Made by a program: the position numbers and the translations under genes. Positions 61,565 through 64,000 of a stretch of DNA of 64,000 nucleotides are shown here, piece after piece. The stretch is taken from positions 1 through 64,000 of the IMG/VR virus record IMGVR_UViG_3300028832_000097; one strand, 5' to 3'. Each line of letters opens with the position of its first letter. Within the stretch, counting starts at the first letter, position 1. The stretch is from a virus (lineage: Duplodnaviria; Caudoviricetes). The notes beneath the pieces are model-generated. The model saw nothing but the letters and a program-made list of their open reading frames with translations, had not been told where the DNA came from and did no database searches.

Positions 61565-62026
61565 TTAGTATTCATCATCTGAATCGTCATCTTGGTCATA
61601 TCCAATATCATCATCCTCGTCTTCATCTCTCAGGACAAATTCATAAGGACCTGAACAATTATAGATATCACCTTCTGTAGGTTCTGATTCTAGCGAACTA
61701 ACAAAATCTGGTGTTAAAACTCTATCAGCAAGTTCGACAAGCAACTCAGCGTAATCTGACTCATCTACACAATCCTCAATGCCATCTAATATCGATTTAG
61801 TGATAGGAACATATTTAACTAACCAGTTAGCATAAGATGATAGATCATTTGCCCATCCAGCTAAAAGGTGCGTATTATCAAATACGTCACCGTCATTGTA
61901 AAATTTAAAAATCAATTTGTTGATAGCTGTAACCATTTGTGTAGCTTTAGAAGGACCCTGGCCACGAGCAGGTAGATATTCTGATAGCACGTCATCAAAT
62001 TTATTGAAATAACTAGAGCTAATCAT
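61565..62026 (-). CDS. hypothetical protein with an acidic tail
   Basis: GGAGG RBS; LP..G...A...L....YNDGD motif. Confidence 0.65.
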   Translation of the reverse strand: MISSSYFNKFDDVLSEYLPARGQGPSKATQMVTAINKLIFKFYNDGDVFDNTHLLAGWANDLSSYANWLVKYVPITKSILDGIEDCVDESDYAELLVELADRVLTPDFVSSLESEPTEGDIYNCSGPYEFVLRDEDEDDDIGYDQDDDSDDEY

Positions 62027-62030
62027 TTTA

Positions 62031-62909
62031 TTATCCTCCGACAGAAGCTAACTCAGAAGGGAGATCCCAATATTGAGGTTCACCAGATGCATCGTATACA
62101 GGACCTGTAGTAGTTTTGCGAATACGCTGTGTATACTTGAACATATCAACTACTGAAGATTCTCTACCATCAGCCTTAAGTTTTTCATAATCATCTTTGT
62201 AATGAGAAGGTATTACGTTTACAACGTATTGGGAAGGTGTTTCTCTTAATATTCTAAGATATACGTTACGACCCCAATATGGTGAATTCTCCCAATTGTA
62301 TACAAGAATTGCAACGCCCTTATCACCTACAATATCTTCCATATCTGCAGTAGCAAACTGTGAGTCCCAATTTTCATATGCAGGTTTTTCTGGTAAAGGT
62401 TCTCCTTCATTCCAGGTATTAGGAGCTTCTTTATCCAGCAGGTCTTTCCAATCTACATCATTTAGATATTCAAGTGCAAACAATGTTTGTCTCAAGGATT
62501 TCAACTGTGCAGGTGTTGTTGCGCTCAAACCGCTCCACGAACCTGTGTCAGAAACAACATTGCCATTGTAATCAAGTCCGACTTCGTACTCCCATCTGAG
62601 TGCATCATCGTCGCTCCTGTCAGATTCATTACAACGAATTCTAACCTTAACGTATGTGCGCTCACTATCATAAGATGCAGGATATGCAATATCAAATTGT
62701 GCAGAAACCTCAAATCTAAGCGTGTTGAACACTTTCAGATTCTGCATTATTTCTTCTTTGATGGGTTCAGTTATTGCTTCCCTAGCCTCTCGAGCTACTC
62801 GAGATTTTGCTTTATATGCATCTTCATATGCTTGGGACTTCGCATCATAATCAGCTTTGCGCGTTTCAACCTCAATGCGATTTGCACGCTTTGTTGCAGT
62901 AATCTTCAT
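62031..62909 (-). CDS. protein with a minimal leader (MKITAT)
   Basis: 292 aa; GAGGAGG RBS. Confidence 0.65.
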   Translation of the reverse strand: MKITATKRANRIEVETRKADYDAKSQAYEDAYKAKSRVAREAREAITEPIKEEIMQNLKVFNTLRFEVSAQFDIAYPASYDSERTYVKVRIRCNESDRSDDDALRWEYEVGLDYNGNVVSDTGSWSGLSATTPAQLKSLRQTLFALEYLNDVDWKDLLDKEAPNTWNEGEPLPEKPAYENWDSQFATADMEDIVGDKGVAILVYNWENSPYWGRNVYLRILRETPSQYVVNVIPSHYKDDYEKLKADGRESSVVDMFKYTQRIRKTTTGPVYDASGEPQYWDLPSELASVGG

Positions 62910-62912
62910 AAA

Positions 62913-63164
62913 TCAATCCTCCTCAAAATCAGATGTTTCCCAAAAATGAGTAGCAAACCAATCATATGCAAGATCCATTGCTTCTTCGGCAGTATGCACA
63001 TCCAAGTAATCTCCCCATTTGTTATGCATCTTGAATGCTACATTACTTAGAGCATTGTAAACCTCAGATTTTAATTCTGCTTGAAACTCATCAAAAGAAC
63101 TATCTAGAGATGCTTTGATAGGTGTTGAGCGCTTAGCGCTTGGGTTGTGTTTCATGATCTTCAT
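62913..63164 (-). CDS. leader-family protein (MKIMKHNP...PIKAS)
   Basis: Long-form leader. Confidence 0.65.
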   Translation of the reverse strand: MKIMKHNPSAKRSTPIKASLDSSFDEFQAELKSEVYNALSNVAFKMHNKWGDYLDVHTAEEAMDLAYDWFATHFWETSDFEED

Positions 63165-63168
63165 AGAA

Positions 63169-64000
63169 TCATTCCTCCCCTAACAATAAGTTTAATACTG
63201 TTTCGTTATTAAGATCTAGTTTGTTGTCTACAATATATGTAGACACGCCGTGCTTCTTATACAATAAAGAATGTACTGCATCGTCTACAGTATCCTGTGT
63301 TATTATTGTATGCACTTTAACCGACTTTGTTGTACCTATTCTATATGTTCTGTCTTCAGCCTGTTCCTTGTCAGAAGGCGTCCAGGGTTCATCATAGAAT
63401 ATAACAGTAGACGCGGCAGTAAATGTATGTGTAGTACCGGCTGCACCTATTGTGCCTAGAAGTACCTTATAATCTGGATTGGTTTGAAAAACACGTTTGT
63501 GTTTCTGCCGATCTGATTCACTCATTGTTCCAGTAAAACAACAAGTTTTGTACTTCTTTGATACGAATTTATATAAGGTTCTGAGCGGTTCTACCCAGTT
63601 AGAAAATACTATTACTTTCTCGCCGTTGCTAATAGCATCATCTAGAAGTTCCATTAACTTCTGCAACTTTGCATTGTACTTTATATAGTGATCATTAACT
63701 TGTAAAGAAGCATCTATAATTTCCGGAGAGCCATTAACTTGTCGCAATCTGATGAAACTAATATCAGGGTGGTTTAATCTTACCGCTTCTGCCTTTTGCT
63801 TTGCTAACTCGGCTCGGATCTGACGATACAGTTTCTGTTGATAATCAGTATTTTCTACATATTCTGTATAGTAGATTTTAGGTGGAAGATCCAGTACATC
63901 ATCTTTGCGCCTTCTTATCATGTTATCTTGAAGCAAAGATTTCAGATAAGGTATGTTCTTATATCCTACTACTTCATAGTCACCATATCCGCCAAATATA
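63169..64000 (-). CDS. SNF2-family helicase, C-terminal part (starts beyond the window)
   Basis: MIRRRKDDVLDLPPK, RLRQ, KVIVFS and PWTP....QAEDR.YRIG motifs. Confidence 0.9.
   Translation of the reverse strand, partial: IFGGYGDYEVVGYKNIPYLKSLLQDNMIRRRKDDVLDLPPKIYYTEYVENTDYQQKLYRQIRAELAKQKAEAVRLNHPDISFIRLRQVNGSPEIIDASLQVNDHYIKYNAKLQKLMELLDDAISNGEKVIVFSNWVEPLRTLYKFVSKKYKTCCFTGTMSESDRQKHKRVFQTNPDYKVLLGTIGAAGTTHTFTAASTVIFYDEPWTPSDKEQAEDRTYRIGTTKSVKVHTIITQDTVDDAVHSLLYKKHGVSTYIVDNKLDLNNETVLNLLLGEE

Noticed and set aside
7629-63164. MKR/MKK N-termini as Sec signal peptides or lipoprotein signals
   Set aside because: No hydrophobic h-region or lipobox follows; the downstream sequence is polar or acidic.
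60-63688. Numerous + strand ORFs and short nested - strand ORFs in the track
   Set aside because: They are shadows of longer - strand genes, lacking RBSs and recognisable motifs; only 18211-19854 is credible on the + strand.
1-64000. Stop-codon reassignment (alternative genetic code)
   Set aside because: Core genes are full length under the standard code, and TAA, TAG and TGA all terminate genes; the TGA in the tube gene is explained by the intron.
1-64000. tRNA, rRNA, CRISPR array or diversity-generating retroelement
   Set aside because: No cloverleaf, repeat-spacer array, reverse transcriptase or TR/VR pair was seen by eye; tRNAscan-SE and a CRISPR finder would confirm.

Overview
This window is a segment of a large, AT-rich tailed-phage genome with a contractile tail. 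The host is probably a Firmicute, given strong AGGAGG RBSs, RecU, a Firmicute-type holin and IS607. Essentially all real genes lie on the - strand. Recognisable core genes: terminase large subunit, portal, neck/tail-completion proteins, tail sheath, a tail tube gene split by an ORF-less 325-nt group I intron (missed by the ORF track), tail fibre, NAD-dependent DNA ligase, a second catalytically dead ligase-like protein, UvrD and SNF2 helicases, an SMC/Rad50 ATPase, RecU, an HD hydrolase, a gp32-like SSB, holins, three zinc-finger/endonuclease fusion genes and a 5'-truncated IS607 with an intact TnpB. The most striking pattern: about 35 otherwise unrelated small, mostly acidic proteins share a short basic N-terminal leader (MKRYI[KR][SAC] or MKxF(T/R)xxP..[IV]x[ASC]) ending in an [IV]-x-[ASCG]-[AST] motif. 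The same motif recurs between domains of multi-domain members. Most sit behind an intergenic motif (AACCTTnnwTA) that also precedes the portal, sheath and holin genes, and one carries a DarA-C-like domain. My inference is a capsid-targeting, protease-processed arsenal of injected internal head proteins, partly made as polyproteins. A second intergenic motif (AATCGTTAT) marks non-structural gene blocks. All functional calls come from motif recognition by eye; no searches were run.
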